A stretch of 64,000 bases of DNA, from positions 6,110-70,109 of IMG/VR virus record IMGVR_UViG_3300033072_000343. The stretch is one strand, 5' to 3'. The DNA is from a virus. Its lineage: Duplodnaviria; Caudoviricetes. The notes under the pieces were generated by a model. It saw nothing but the letters and a program-made list of their open reading frames with translations. It made no database searches and was not told where the DNA came from. Below are positions 46,423 through 55,219 of this stretch, in pieces (position 1 is the first letter of the stretch; each line of letters opens with the position of its first letter). The translations under genes and the position numbers were made by a program.

Positions 46423-47037
46423 TCAAGCGGACTCCAGAAGAATATTCTCCGTGACCCACTTGTCCTCCGCTTCCCGTGTCGCGAGCATTCTGCGCACGAT
46501 GTCGATGTTGTTTCGGAACACCGCGTACATGCCGCCCGCCTTGCTGATCGTGATGTTGCTGGTGGGAACCCGGTTCCAGGGGATCCAGTAGACCTCCTTG
46601 GTGTCGAGTTGATACAGCGCGATCACGTCTGCTTGAGGCATCTTACCGATGCGATAGAACCAGCCTGAGCATGGTCCGTACTTAGCGAACTTGGCGGTCT
46701 TCACGTCCACCCGGAGGACATCTTTGACCAGCAAGTCGTATGGGCTCTTGACGGCGGACGGTCGATCAACAGTGAAGCCCTGCTCGCGCAGGATCTTAGC
46801 CACCTCGATCTCTCCATCCCAACCGGTGTCGGAGTCCGAGTGTTCACGGGGAATCCCGAGACGCTCAGACCACTTGATGAATCCACCCTTCTTGGTGATC
46901 TGGTTTTGCAGGTCAGCCTGTCCAGTCTCGTTTAGATAGGTGTTGGTCGGGAACTTTCCGGTGTTGCGGTAGTTCTCCATGATGCGGTCTGCGATCATGG
47001 CTTCAGTCCACTTGATGCGTGCCATAGGCGAGGACAT
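46423..47037 (-). CDS. Free-standing PD-(D/E)XK endonuclease, group I intron / I-Ssp6803I-like, with an N-terminal helical DNA-binding domain
   Basis: GWDGEIEVAKILREQGFTV..SPYDLLV..RVDVKTAK..ADVIALY..YWIP; the start may be 47025. Confidence 0.7.
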   Translation of the reverse strand: MSSPMARIKWTEAMIADRIMENYRNTGKFPTNTYLNETGQADLQNQITKKGGFIKWSERLGIPREHSDSDTGWDGEIEVAKILREQGFTVDRPSAVKSPYDLLVKDVLRVDVKTAKFAKYGPCSGWFYRIGKMPQADVIALYQLDTKEVYWIPWNRVPTSNITISKAGGMYAVFRNNIDIVRRMLATREAEDKWVTENILLESA

Positions 47038-47074
47038 TGACCACGATCAGAACCGATGTGTACAGCAGAATGTT

Positions 47075-47545
47075 TTAGAACGGAATGTCGTCCGAGTTAT
47101 CTTCAGCAGGCCCATCGTTGGACACACCCGCAGCAGCCTGCCGCTGGCTGACAGGGGCCTGCTGTTGATTGAAGCGTTGGACATTGGAACCGCCACCAGT
47201 CGGAGGGGTGGACGGCCGAGACAGCAGCTGGAGGTTTTCACCGAAGATGCCGAGCTTGCTTCGCTTCTCCCCAGTCTTCTTGTCCTCCCACTGGTCGAGC
47301 TTGAGGCGTCCGTCGATCAGGATGGGGTCACCCTTCTTGACGTACTTACTGACCACGTCGGAAACCTTTCCGATGAAGTCAACGTCCACGAACGTGGTTT
47401 CCTCCTTCTTCTCACCACTCTCAGTGGAGAACTTGCGGGAGACTGCCAGTCCGATCTTTGCGATAGAGGTGCCCTTGGGGGTGACCCTGACTTCGGGATC
47501 ACGGGTGACGTTGCCCATGAGGACGACCTTGTTGTACGATGCCAT
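47075..47545 (-). CDS. ssb: Single-stranded DNA-binding protein
   Basis: NKVVLMGNVTRDPEVR, KGDPILIDGRL and acidic tail DDIPF. Confidence 0.97.
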   Translation of the reverse strand: MASYNKVVLMGNVTRDPEVRVTPKGTSIAKIGLAVSRKFSTESGEKKEETTFVDVDFIGKVSDVVSKYVKKGDPILIDGRLKLDQWEDKKTGEKRSKLGIFGENLQLLSRPSTPPTGGGSNVQRFNQQQAPVSQRQAAAGVSNDGPAEDNSDDIPF

Positions 47546-47584
47546 GTTATTCCTTTTTGTTAGTGATAGCGCACGAAGCGCGTA

Positions 47585-48766
47585 CTAACTAAAGACGTTC
47601 ACATCCCTGATGTCAACGACCAGTCGGAACCCACAGGTGGGCTCTCCGATTTCATTGCACGGGATGGTGACAGCACGTTTTCCTTCAGCGTTTTCAAGGG
47701 TCTTCACGAACTGCACCGGCTCTCCATCCGGCAGGTTGATCCGCCCCTTCTTCACGATGTAGATGCGCTCAGGCTTGAATGTGAACGCGCTGGACTGGGA
47801 GACGCGCTGGCCATTGGTGACCACCGTGATCTCCTGCATAACGCCCGCTTTGACGCGAGCCTCGGACACACCTTGCCTGATGGCGTTGGTGTCGACGTGA
47901 ACGTACTGGGAGAAGACCCTCGGATCGAGGTGACCCGAGACCTTGGTTGCCAGGATGGTGCTCATGCCGCTGTTGGCCAGCATCGAGACGAATGAGTGGC
48001 GGAGGCTGTGGAACCGCTTGCTGCGATCGATGCCCGCCTTGTCTGCGATGTACCTGAATGCGTCGCTGCCACTACTGGCAATGACGTGTCGGTCCATGTT
48101 GACCCTGCTGCCTGCCTGCTCCGACACGAAGTCGGTTGGGCTGGCGTTGGGGGACTCAGCACGCAGGGCCTGCAATGCCCTGCCAAGCTCATCTGTTGGG
48201 CTGAATGGTATGATCGCCTCGGTCCCGGTCTTCACGCGCCTGATGCGGATGAAGCACTTGTCCATGTCGACGTCACCCCACCGCAGCATCATGCAGTCTG
48301 CGATGGACATGCCCGTGTTCCACCCAAGCAGGATGACCCAGTCCATCCAGTGCCCGGCTGCCGTGTGGCGCAGCTTGAGGTACTCCTCGTGGGTGATGGC
48401 GTTCACACTCCGCTCGTCGCGGACGGTCGGCTTGCGCACTGCGTGGTGAGGACTCGTGGCCACTCGACCAGTAGTCTCAAGCCACCGCAGGAACCGACTG
48501 ACAGAGTTCCAATACTCCTGAGCGGTGCGCGGCTTGTAGTTCTCGAAGAGCCGGGTGCAGTAGGTCTGCAGGTTCTCCGATGTGATTCGGTTGTGATGGC
48601 ATCCTTTCATCCATGACAACCACTTGTGTACCCACAGCTTTGAGAAGTGGATTGTTGCTGGGCGTCGACCTGGGAAGTCGTTGTTGTGATATGTCACAGC
48701 AAGCTGTTCAAGCTGTGACGGAGTCATGTCTATCACATGACCCTGATACGCAGTTTCTGAAGTCAT
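47585..48766 (-). CDS. Tyrosine recombinase / integrase-family protein
   Basis: SAM-like N-domain, NTGMSIAD, FHSLRHSF, SGH...FSQYVH; ~90-aa C-terminal extension. Confidence 0.85.
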   Translation of the reverse strand: MTSETAYQGHVIDMTPSQLEQLAVTYHNNDFPGRRPATIHFSKLWVHKWLSWMKGCHHNRITSENLQTYCTRLFENYKPRTAQEYWNSVSRFLRWLETTGRVATSPHHAVRKPTVRDERSVNAITHEEYLKLRHTAAGHWMDWVILLGWNTGMSIADCMMLRWGDVDMDKCFIRIRRVKTGTEAIIPFSPTDELGRALQALRAESPNASPTDFVSEQAGSRVNMDRHVIASSGSDAFRYIADKAGIDRSKRFHSLRHSFVSMLANSGMSTILATKVSGHLDPRVFSQYVHVDTNAIRQGVSEARVKAGVMQEITVVTNGQRVSQSSAFTFKPERIYIVKKGRINLPDGEPVQFVKTLENAEGKRAVTIPCNEIGEPTCGFRLVVDIRDVNVFS

Positions 48767-48838
48767 TGTATTATGATTCTCAGTATTGTGATAACGATGT
48801 AGATCTCAGCTATCCACATCACCAGTATCCCGAAGAGC

Positions 48839-49117
48839 TTAAGCAAGCCCTTCATCGAATGTCCTTGAAACCCTTGGCTTGAGATCCTTGTAGTAGGACC
48901 AGACTCCACGCATGAACTGAAGGCGTGATCGACATCCAACTGAGGAGTCGACGATTGCCTTGAGGTGCAGGTTCATCTTGTCCATGGACTGGATCGTTGT
49001 AGCTGCCTTCAGCTCCTTGATCTCCGATTCCATCTTATCGATGGTGGACATGATGATCTGTGCGTTGTAGTCGAGCTTACCTTTAGTGAGCTTGAACAAG
49101 TCGTCGTCTGAAATCAT
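48839..49117 (-). CDS. Hypothetical coiled-coil protein
   Basis: ORF track; heptad pattern. Confidence 0.5.
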   Translation of the reverse strand: MISDDDLFKLTKGKLDYNAQIIMSTIDKMESEIKELKAATTIQSMDKMNLHLKAIVDSSVGCRSRLQFMRGVWSYYKDLKPRVSRTFDEGLA

Positions 49118-49236
49118 ATTGATATTGATTCAGTGTTTCTTGATCTTCACATTGAATGTCTGGTTGAGCACGTCCTCTTTGGTGATTCCGAATGGGTTGT
49201 CCATGGTATTGGGTTTTTGAGTGTCGGCTTGATCGT

Positions 49237-49836
49237 TCACTTGTTCGCTTCCTTCTCGACCGACACGCACAGGTTGAAGAGCCAGTCGCGGATAGCGATC
49301 AGCTTGCGCTTCACCCATGAAGGCTGAGCAGGCTTCTGAGCGTTAGTATTGATGGCAGGATCGGAGCCTGGCAGCACCAGTGCTGACGTCATGTATGGCG
49401 TAATGAGGTTGGCCATGTCACGGCGAGCGCGTTCTTGGTCTTCCTTGATCGACTGTGAGATCAGGTCGGCAGTGTAGATCACCGCAGCATTGCGCATTGC
49501 AGCCGCCTCTTTGGCAGCACGCTCGAGGTCCAGCTTGCGCTGGTAACGCTTGAGTCCTTGAGGGCTGGGGCTCGCATGCCTGAGGTGTTCAGGAGCAAAG
49601 CGGCGGCGAGCCGTGCAAACGGGAGGGCAGGTCACGCTGTTCTCTTTGGCGATCTGGTAGTCCGGCTTGGTCCAGTCAACCTTGCTCCAGTCGATGCGGT
49701 ACTTCTCGCGCTTGAACTTGCGGAGATGAGTCTGCTTTCTGTAGTACGATATCAGAGTCGGTGTGACTCCTAGTGACTGAGCGATCTCTTTGTTTGTTAG
49801 ATCCCAGTTGATAGAATTCAAGTCGATGCTGTTCAT
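49237..49836 (-). CDS. Protein with tandem HTH-like repeats
   Basis: INWDLTNKEIAQSLGVT and VDWTKPDYQIAKENSVT. Confidence 0.6.
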   Translation of the reverse strand: MNSIDLNSINWDLTNKEIAQSLGVTPTLISYYRKQTHLRKFKREKYRIDWSKVDWTKPDYQIAKENSVTCPPVCTARRRFAPEHLRHASPSPQGLKRYQRKLDLERAAKEAAAMRNAAVIYTADLISQSIKEDQERARRDMANLITPYMTSALVLPGSDPAINTNAQKPAQPSWVKRKLIAIRDWLFNLCVSVEKEANK

Positions 49837-49916
49837 GTGTATTGTGTGTTTAGTTGTTTCTACTCGGCATCATTGCCGACAGAACCCATCAGCTGCGACT
49901 GATGGGTCTATGTCGA

Positions 49917-50633
49917 TCATGCTGCAACCATCTGCTCAATCTGTGGTCTGACCACGAACCCAGTGGTGTCCTTCTTGGCTTCACCCTTGGGCTTGAGGCC
50001 GACGACCGTGCCGCGAGGATCGATGAACCTCAGGTCGTGCAAGTCGCCGTCGATGACGGGCCAGCTGTTCCAGCGAGAGGGCCTCTCACCATCGAAGATG
50101 ACGGCCACGTTCCCGCCACGGGCAAGGATGTCGAGGCAGTCCTCGTTGTTGCTCCCGCTGTAGGAGAACGTGAGCTTGTAGTTGGGAGGCAGGTCGCCCT
50201 TGAGCATCTTGCCAACGCGATACGCCGACTTGGTGTAGTCGTAGAACTGTACGCGTGGGTGCTTCTTGATGACGCTGTGCTGACCAAGTTCCCAAGCGAT
50301 GTCGCTCGTCCCATTGAGGCGGACACAGGGCTTGAGTCCGTCGCGCTCAGCATCGAGCTTCAGCTGCTTGATGTCGTAGTTCAGTGCGTTCATGAAGTCG
50401 TCGCGCTGAGAGAAGAACCAGCGCGTCTTGCGAATGCGAGCCAGCTGGACGTTGGCCAACTTGCCGCGGCCAGACGTGCTGAGACAGGCGGCAGTGCAAC
50501 CAGCGTTGCGCCACGGGCAGACCTCGAACCCGGACATGTTGCCCGGTGCGAGGTACAGGATTCCAGTGAGGTAGCCGAGGGCTGTTCCCTTGGGCGTCTT
50601 GGCGTCAGTGTTGACGCCCAGCAGTTGGTACAT
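49917..50633 (-). CDS. gp88-like protein (radical-SAM-like Cys motif)
   Basis: CPWRNAGCTAACL, VRLNGTSDI, FYDYTK, DGDLHDLRF and GLKPKG. Confidence 0.75.
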   Translation of the reverse strand: MYQLLGVNTDAKTPKGTALGYLTGILYLAPGNMSGFEVCPWRNAGCTAACLSTSGRGKLANVQLARIRKTRWFFSQRDDFMNALNYDIKQLKLDAERDGLKPCVRLNGTSDIAWELGQHSVIKKHPRVQFYDYTKSAYRVGKMLKGDLPPNYKLTFSYSGSNNEDCLDILARGGNVAVIFDGERPSRWNSWPVIDGDLHDLRFIDPRGTVVGLKPKGEAKKDTTGFVVRPQIEQMVAA

Positions 50634-50651
50634 AGTGACTCCTTGTGAGTA

Positions 50652-50680
50652 GGTGTAATACACCAGTTGAGGTTACGCAA
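50652..50680 (-). promoter_or_regulatory. Promoter class site E (TTGCGT-N17-TACACC, perfect palindrome GGTGTATTACACC)
   Basis: Read directly; AAGGAG ribosome-binding site follows. Confidence 0.7.
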
Positions 50681-50741
50681 GTCCGTTGTTGGCCTTGCCT
50701 ACAACCACCAACCCGCGAGGGCTGGAGGCTGTGTGGCAGGG

Positions 50742-50948
50742 TCAGAAGACGAAGAACTCCTCCGCCTTGTAGCTCGACGTGACGCCGTCAGCCCAGAAGA
50801 GTGAGGCCCAGTCGTCGTTGATGATGCAGTGGACGAACCACTTGCCGTTCTTGTCCTGCTTCAACTGGTAGGCACCAGTCTTCCAGCAGACACGCATGCC
50901 GTTCTTCACCGCCGAGATGGCCTCGGCGATGGTGTTGAAGTGGTTCAC
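50742..50948 (-). CDS. Small early hypothetical protein
   Basis: Coupled ORF; GMRVCWKTGAY. Confidence 0.55.
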   Translation of the reverse strand: MNHFNTIAEAISAVKNGMRVCWKTGAYQLKQDKNGKWFVHCIINDDWASLFWADGVTSSYKAEEFFVF

Positions 50949-51235
50949 TTGGCACCTCCAGCCTCACGTGTGATCCGTCCTGCATCTTGACGCACGTATT
51001 CAAGGCCATAGTCAGAGTTTATCAGCCTGTCTTTGATCATGCGTGCAACAGAATCGCACACGGAATCAAACCCAACCTGGCCCCAGTCGATACCTTTAGC
51101 CTCGGCATCAGCTATGCCTACCGCCGCGGCAGCTATCTTCTCGGATGTGCTGACCTGGCCAGGCGATTCGATGCGTGCTGCCAGCTGTGCCGCTGCGAAT
51201 GCGGCGTTGAATGCGTGGGTATTGGCGATGCTCAC
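50945..51235 (-). CDS. Small early hypothetical protein
   Basis: 4-nt overlaps with both neighbours; GGAGG encoded near the end. Confidence 0.55.
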   Translation of the reverse strand: MSIANTHAFNAAFAAAQLAARIESPGQVSTSEKIAAAAVGIADAEAKGIDWGQVGFDSVCDSVARMIKDRLINSDYGLEYVRQDAGRITREAGGAK

Positions 51236-51597
51236 TTAGCACCTCCCTTGGTCTTGGCGACCGCAGCCTTGGCGCGATCCATTGTAGCGTCGTTGATGAA
51301 GTAGACCGTGGTTCCGCACGGCCCCGGCATCTTCGCGCACCGGGTGATCCACTCCAGAGATTCGACCAGTTCTTGATCCGGCTTGGCAGGCGGTTGCTTG
51401 GATGGGTCTGGCCTTTCCATGTAGGACTGAAGGCGATTACGCAGCGAGGTAATCTCCTCGTCGGACATATCGAGGCCATCCTCGATCTCGCTGTATGAGT
51501 AAGTGGCACCGTCCGAGAGCGCGAGCCGAGCAACCTCGAGGATTGCGGTGATGTCTCTGCTGTTGAACGGCAGCTGGTGTGTGTACTCTTGTGGCAT
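51232..51597 (-). CDS. Small early hypothetical protein
   Basis: Coupled ORF in the early cluster. Confidence 0.55.
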   Translation of the reverse strand: MPQEYTHQLPFNSRDITAILEVARLALSDGATYSYSEIEDGLDMSDEEITSLRNRLQSYMERPDPSKQPPAKPDQELVESLEWITRCAKMPGPCGTTVYFINDATMDRAKAAVAKTKGGAK

Positions 51598-51605
51598 GGT
51601 GGTTG

Positions 51606-51815
51606 TCAGTTGATGGTTCCGTCGGGTTCGATCTCGCGGTGCTCTCTGGTGAAGCGGTTAGGCTTCCTGATCATCATCATTGTGCCGAGGTGCTCGGTCC
51701 CATCGGATGGACGGTTCTCAGCATCGGGCTGGTGAGAAAGCCAGTTGCTGAATCTGAACCCCTGTTTGTTGAGTTTCTTCTCTGCGTCTAGTTGAGCTTG
51801 CGTTGCGTTGTACAT
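51606..51815 (-). CDS. Small early hypothetical protein
   Basis: Start moved to MYNATQ. Confidence 0.5.
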   Translation of the reverse strand: MYNATQAQLDAEKKLNKQGFRFSNWLSHQPDAENRPSDGTEHLGTMMMIRKPNRFTREHREIEPDGTIN

Positions 51816-51855
51816 AGTTCCTTGGATCTGCCGCCACACCGTGTGGAAGCAGACC

Positions 51856-51880
51856 AAAAGAGCCGGGTGTCACCCCGGCT
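51856..51880 (-). terminator. Intrinsic terminator after the amidotransferase
   Basis: AGCCGGG/CCCGGCT stem followed by CTTTT on the minus strand. Confidence 0.7.
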
Positions 51881-51886
51881 GGTGTG

Positions 51887-52870
51887 TTACTTGTGCAGGT
51901 CGTTGTTCAGGTGCGACTCGATCTGGGCCTCGATGTCAGGATCGAAGTCGGGGAACGCCTCTCGCTCGGTGTCGCGAGGAACGCTGATCGCCTTGCTTGG
52001 GTTGACCGCCTCACGGGGCGCAAGGTTGTCATCCCACATGTCAGTCTGCCTTCCATGCACCCTAGACCAGCGAGTGTCATAAGATGGCCGGACACCCATG
52101 GACCGATCCCATGCGGAGTCTCGAACCGAGTCAGCGAACCCACACCACCGCTCGTTGCTGAGCAGCACACCGCGAGGCCCGCCTATCGCGAACTCGGTCA
52201 CGGTCTTGGGCATCACCGACACCGATTTGGTGACGAGCGATATGCCGGCAGCACGGGCGACGTGTGCGACATCGTGGCCACTGGTGCTGAACAAGTGGTT
52301 GTCCTTGTCGTCGCAGGACCAGTAGAGATTACCCGACCCGCACTTGGCGACGGTCAACCGCTTGGCACCAGAGTCGATGACACCGAACACGCCGTAGCCC
52401 GACCAGTGCTTGTTGGTTGCGGCCCACTTGCTCATGGTCTTGCGGTGCAGCCACCACTGGAAGAACTCCTCGGTGTCGCATCCGTTCTTGGCCTTGGGTC
52501 CGGGACCGTCACCAACCCAGCGCAACACACCGTTGTGGGCGAGGTGAATGCCCTTGGAGTGGAACGGGTGACAGTTCTCGATGACCACCTTGTTGGTGGA
52601 GGTGCGGCCGTGAATCACCAGAGCGGTGACCACCTGCGGTATCTCGCCAGCCTCGATCTGGATGGCGTTGATGAACGGAGGTATCTTGACTCCGAACCCG
52701 CAGTAGGATTCGGGGTTGAGGTATCGACCGTAGGCCACGCCTTTCGGGCCGTAGGCTGTGAAGCCAAACCCGTCACGCTGAGTGACAGCGAAGAGTCCAT
52801 TGGTCTCCGAGATCATTCGGAGCACCTGCTCACGGGAGAACTTACCGACTGCGATGAATAGTTTGCACAT
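51887..52870 (-). CDS. Class II (Ntn) glutamine amidotransferase-like protein
   Basis: N-terminal Met-Cys, QRDGFG, HGRTST, NCHPF, HNG and CDTE. Confidence 0.88.
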   Translation of the reverse strand: MCKLFIAVGKFSREQVLRMISETNGLFAVTQRDGFGFTAYGPKGVAYGRYLNPESYCGFGVKIPPFINAIQIEAGEIPQVVTALVIHGRTSTNKVVIENCHPFHSKGIHLAHNGVLRWVGDGPGPKAKNGCDTEEFFQWWLHRKTMSKWAATNKHWSGYGVFGVIDSGAKRLTVAKCGSGNLYWSCDDKDNHLFSTSGHDVAHVARAAGISLVTKSVSVMPKTVTEFAIGGPRGVLLSNERWCGFADSVRDSAWDRSMGVRPSYDTRWSRVHGRQTDMWDDNLAPREAVNPSKAISVPRDTEREAFPDFDPDIEAQIESHLNNDLHK

Positions 52871-52906
52871 AGGTATCAGTGATTAAGATGTTTAGTTGCT
52901 GGTGAT

Positions 52907-54031
52907 TTACTCGACGTTGCCATTCGGAGCGAAGTCCAGGGCCGATGCGACACGGTCGTCGACCACGCCCACTCCATGGTGCAGCTTCTGGTGTCTCAGC
53001 ACGCACCACGACGACAGCCACGGCGGCAGGATAGCCATCATACCTGTCCAGTTGGTCGGTATGCTGTTGTTCTTGTTAGCGCACCAATCGAACAGGTAGC
53101 GGCACAGAAGTGCCCACGATTCGATCTTGAGCACGTTGGTAGACCCGTTCGCGCACCGAAACTCGATGGTCTTGTACTTGCGGTAGGCCTCGAAGTTGAT
53201 CGCAGCGTAGCGACCAACGCGCCGGTCGTACCGATCCGACTCGGGGTTGTTGTTGACCCACTTGCAGTACTTGTTCCGCTGGCGAGACTTGCTGACCAGT
53301 TTCTTGAGCATCGGGTACAGCAGCGTGAGTCTGTTGTACGTTTCCGACGCGGTGTGCAGGAGTCTGTCCGGTGACTCCACCTCAGGGAGGTGTCGCGCAT
53401 CGATGTGGACATGCAGTCCGCACTTGCTGTTGACGCGGAAGCCGCGCAGCTGCCGTTCGAGATTGAGCAGACCCATCAGTCGGCCATTGCTGGCCCACGT
53501 CATCCGCTTGATCTCGATGCCGCCGCTGTCGAGCGATCCGTCACCTCCAACAGTGGTGAGGCCAGACTCCACCGGGTACAATCCGCTACCGGTGTAACAC
53601 TCGATCTCAACCGATATGAGTCGGCCGTGAAGTTTCCCAACACGCTTGGCCATTTCCGTCGCGTTGACCTGCACGTTTCCGTCGACCGTGGGCGTCGGAA
53701 GCAACATGTTCCGGCGGCTTACACCACCCCGAGTGCTGGTGTAACTGCTGAACATCCGAGACGGATTGGTCCTGAGCATGTAATATGACTTAGGATTGCT
53801 GATGATCGACGCGAGCAGCGTCTCTTTGGCTTTCATCGGAGCGCCATTAACAGGAGCAATGCACCTGTTTGAAGGAGTCATGTCAGTCGAATGGATGACA
53901 CGCTTGAACCGCTTAGTGTCGGATGCGTACATCCCTGTGACTTGTCTGCCTAGCACGACAGACGCGCCGTCAATGTAATCACCATCTTTGGTGTAGCCGC
54001 CGCCGCGATACATGGATATGACTTGATACAT
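52907..54031 (-). CDS. Putative amidoligase (COOH-NH2 ligase type 2)
   Basis: SVEIEC, DGSL, GIEIK, CGLHVHID, RYAAINF and TIEFR; start placed at MYQVI. Confidence 0.82.
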   Translation of the reverse strand: MYQVISMYRGGGYTKDGDYIDGASVVLGRQVTGMYASDTKRFKRVIHSTDMTPSNRCIAPVNGAPMKAKETLLASIISNPKSYYMLRTNPSRMFSSYTSTRGGVSRRNMLLPTPTVDGNVQVNATEMAKRVGKLHGRLISVEIECYTGSGLYPVESGLTTVGGDGSLDSGGIEIKRMTWASNGRLMGLLNLERQLRGFRVNSKCGLHVHIDARHLPEVESPDRLLHTASETYNRLTLLYPMLKKLVSKSRQRNKYCKWVNNNPESDRYDRRVGRYAAINFEAYRKYKTIEFRCANGSTNVLKIESWALLCRYLFDWCANKNNSIPTNWTGMMAILPPWLSSWCVLRHQKLHHGVGVVDDRVASALDFAPNGNVE

Positions 54032-54147
54032 AGGTAACTGAGTTAATGTTCTGACACAGTGTCGTTGTGACACAGGCTTGGTCGTGGTTGACCACAGCAC
54101 ACAGCCCACCACTGTGAGAGCGATGGGCTGGCTGCTTTGGTCAGCAG

Positions 54148-54429
54148 TTAGTCTGTCCAGAGGATGTCCAGATCGGCCGATTGCCAGACGATGCAGGTGT
54201 CCGGGTCTCGGCCGTCTGTGATTATGCAAGCCTCCCAATCGAAGAGTCCGCGGAGTGGCTTGGATGTCTCGATGATGTGCTCCGTGTCTTCACCGAACTC
54301 ACGCTTGGTCCACTTGCGAACCAGAGCTTCGAGGTCCAGTGGCTCATTGGCAGCGATCTCCATGATGGATTGCGTGCCCTCGCGCCGGTTGGTGACCAAC
54401 AGGTACTGGTCTGGGTATGTGGTGCTCAT
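54148..54429 (-). CDS. Small early hypothetical protein
   Basis: Coupled ORF. Confidence 0.5.
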   Translation of the reverse strand: MSTTYPDQYLLVTNRREGTQSIMEIAANEPLDLEALVRKWTKREFGEDTEHIIETSKPLRGLFDWEACIITDGRDPDTCIVWQSADLDILWTD

Positions 54430-54791
54430 GTGGTGCAGAGTTCTTCCACCCAGTCGCGCTGCTTACCGACCGGTGTAACGCGGTGCATTATGGCACCCCC
54501 CACCATCGACTCCCACCCGGAGAACCGGTGGGTCAGGCCGCCCTTGACGCCCCATGTCAGGAACTCCACGGGCTGGAGCTTGTCGGGAGTCTTGGCAACC
54601 TCCTTGTAGATCTCATCGCGCACCAACTCGATAGCGGAAGATGCAGACTCGGCAATGACGGGCGAGAACACCCGTTTCTTGGACCAGAACAGGCCGCTGG
54701 TCACGGCGACAACGGTGAACTTGAAGTACCGCTTGCCACGATAGGTATCGAGGCACGGCACCGCGGGTATTGGTTTCGGTTTATGTTTCAT
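54426..54791 (-). CDS. Small early hypothetical protein
   Basis: Coupled ORF. Confidence 0.55.
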   Translation of the reverse strand: MKHKPKPIPAVPCLDTYRGKRYFKFTVVAVTSGLFWSKKRVFSPVIAESASSAIELVRDEIYKEVAKTPDKLQPVEFLTWGVKGGLTHRFSGWESMVGGAIMHRVTPVGKQRDWVEELCTT

Positions 54792-54794
54792 AGG

Positions 54795-55217
54795 TTAGAC
54801 GGCTTCGGCACAGAGTTGCTCCCATACATATTGCTTGCGGTGCTCGGCAACTCTTTTGAGATGGTCGAACTGAGAGCTCTTCATGATGTCAACATTTTTA
54901 AGATCAGCTAAAACCAGAGCATCTCTTAGATCGTAATGAGTCGTCAAGTTCTCGGCCACATAGACAGTTAATGCCTTATCAGACATGCTCACACTGACAT
55001 TGTCTTGAACAATAACTACAACACCACCGTCGCTTCTCTGTGTCACATCTATCTTGTTTATCTTGTGTGCGCTAAATCCGTTTCCACTGTGGCGCACATA
55101 ACACACGCCAACCAGTGACATGAGTTTCTTGTGCGAGTCGTCGGCTGAGATTTCAGCTATCAGTTTTCCAAGCCGCTCATGTGTGGCCCGGAGCTCTTCG
55201 ATTGTTGAGTTTTTCAT
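54795..55217 (-). CDS. Small early hypothetical protein (AT-rich)
   Basis: ORF track; visibly lower GC than its flanks. Confidence 0.55.
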   Translation of the reverse strand: MKNSTIEELRATHERLGKLIAEISADDSHKKLMSLVGVCYVRHSGNGFSAHKINKIDVTQRSDGGVVVIVQDNVSVSMSDKALTVYVAENLTTHYDLRDALVLADLKNVDIMKSSQFDHLKRVAEHRKQYVWEQLCAEAV

Positions 55218-55219
55218 GG

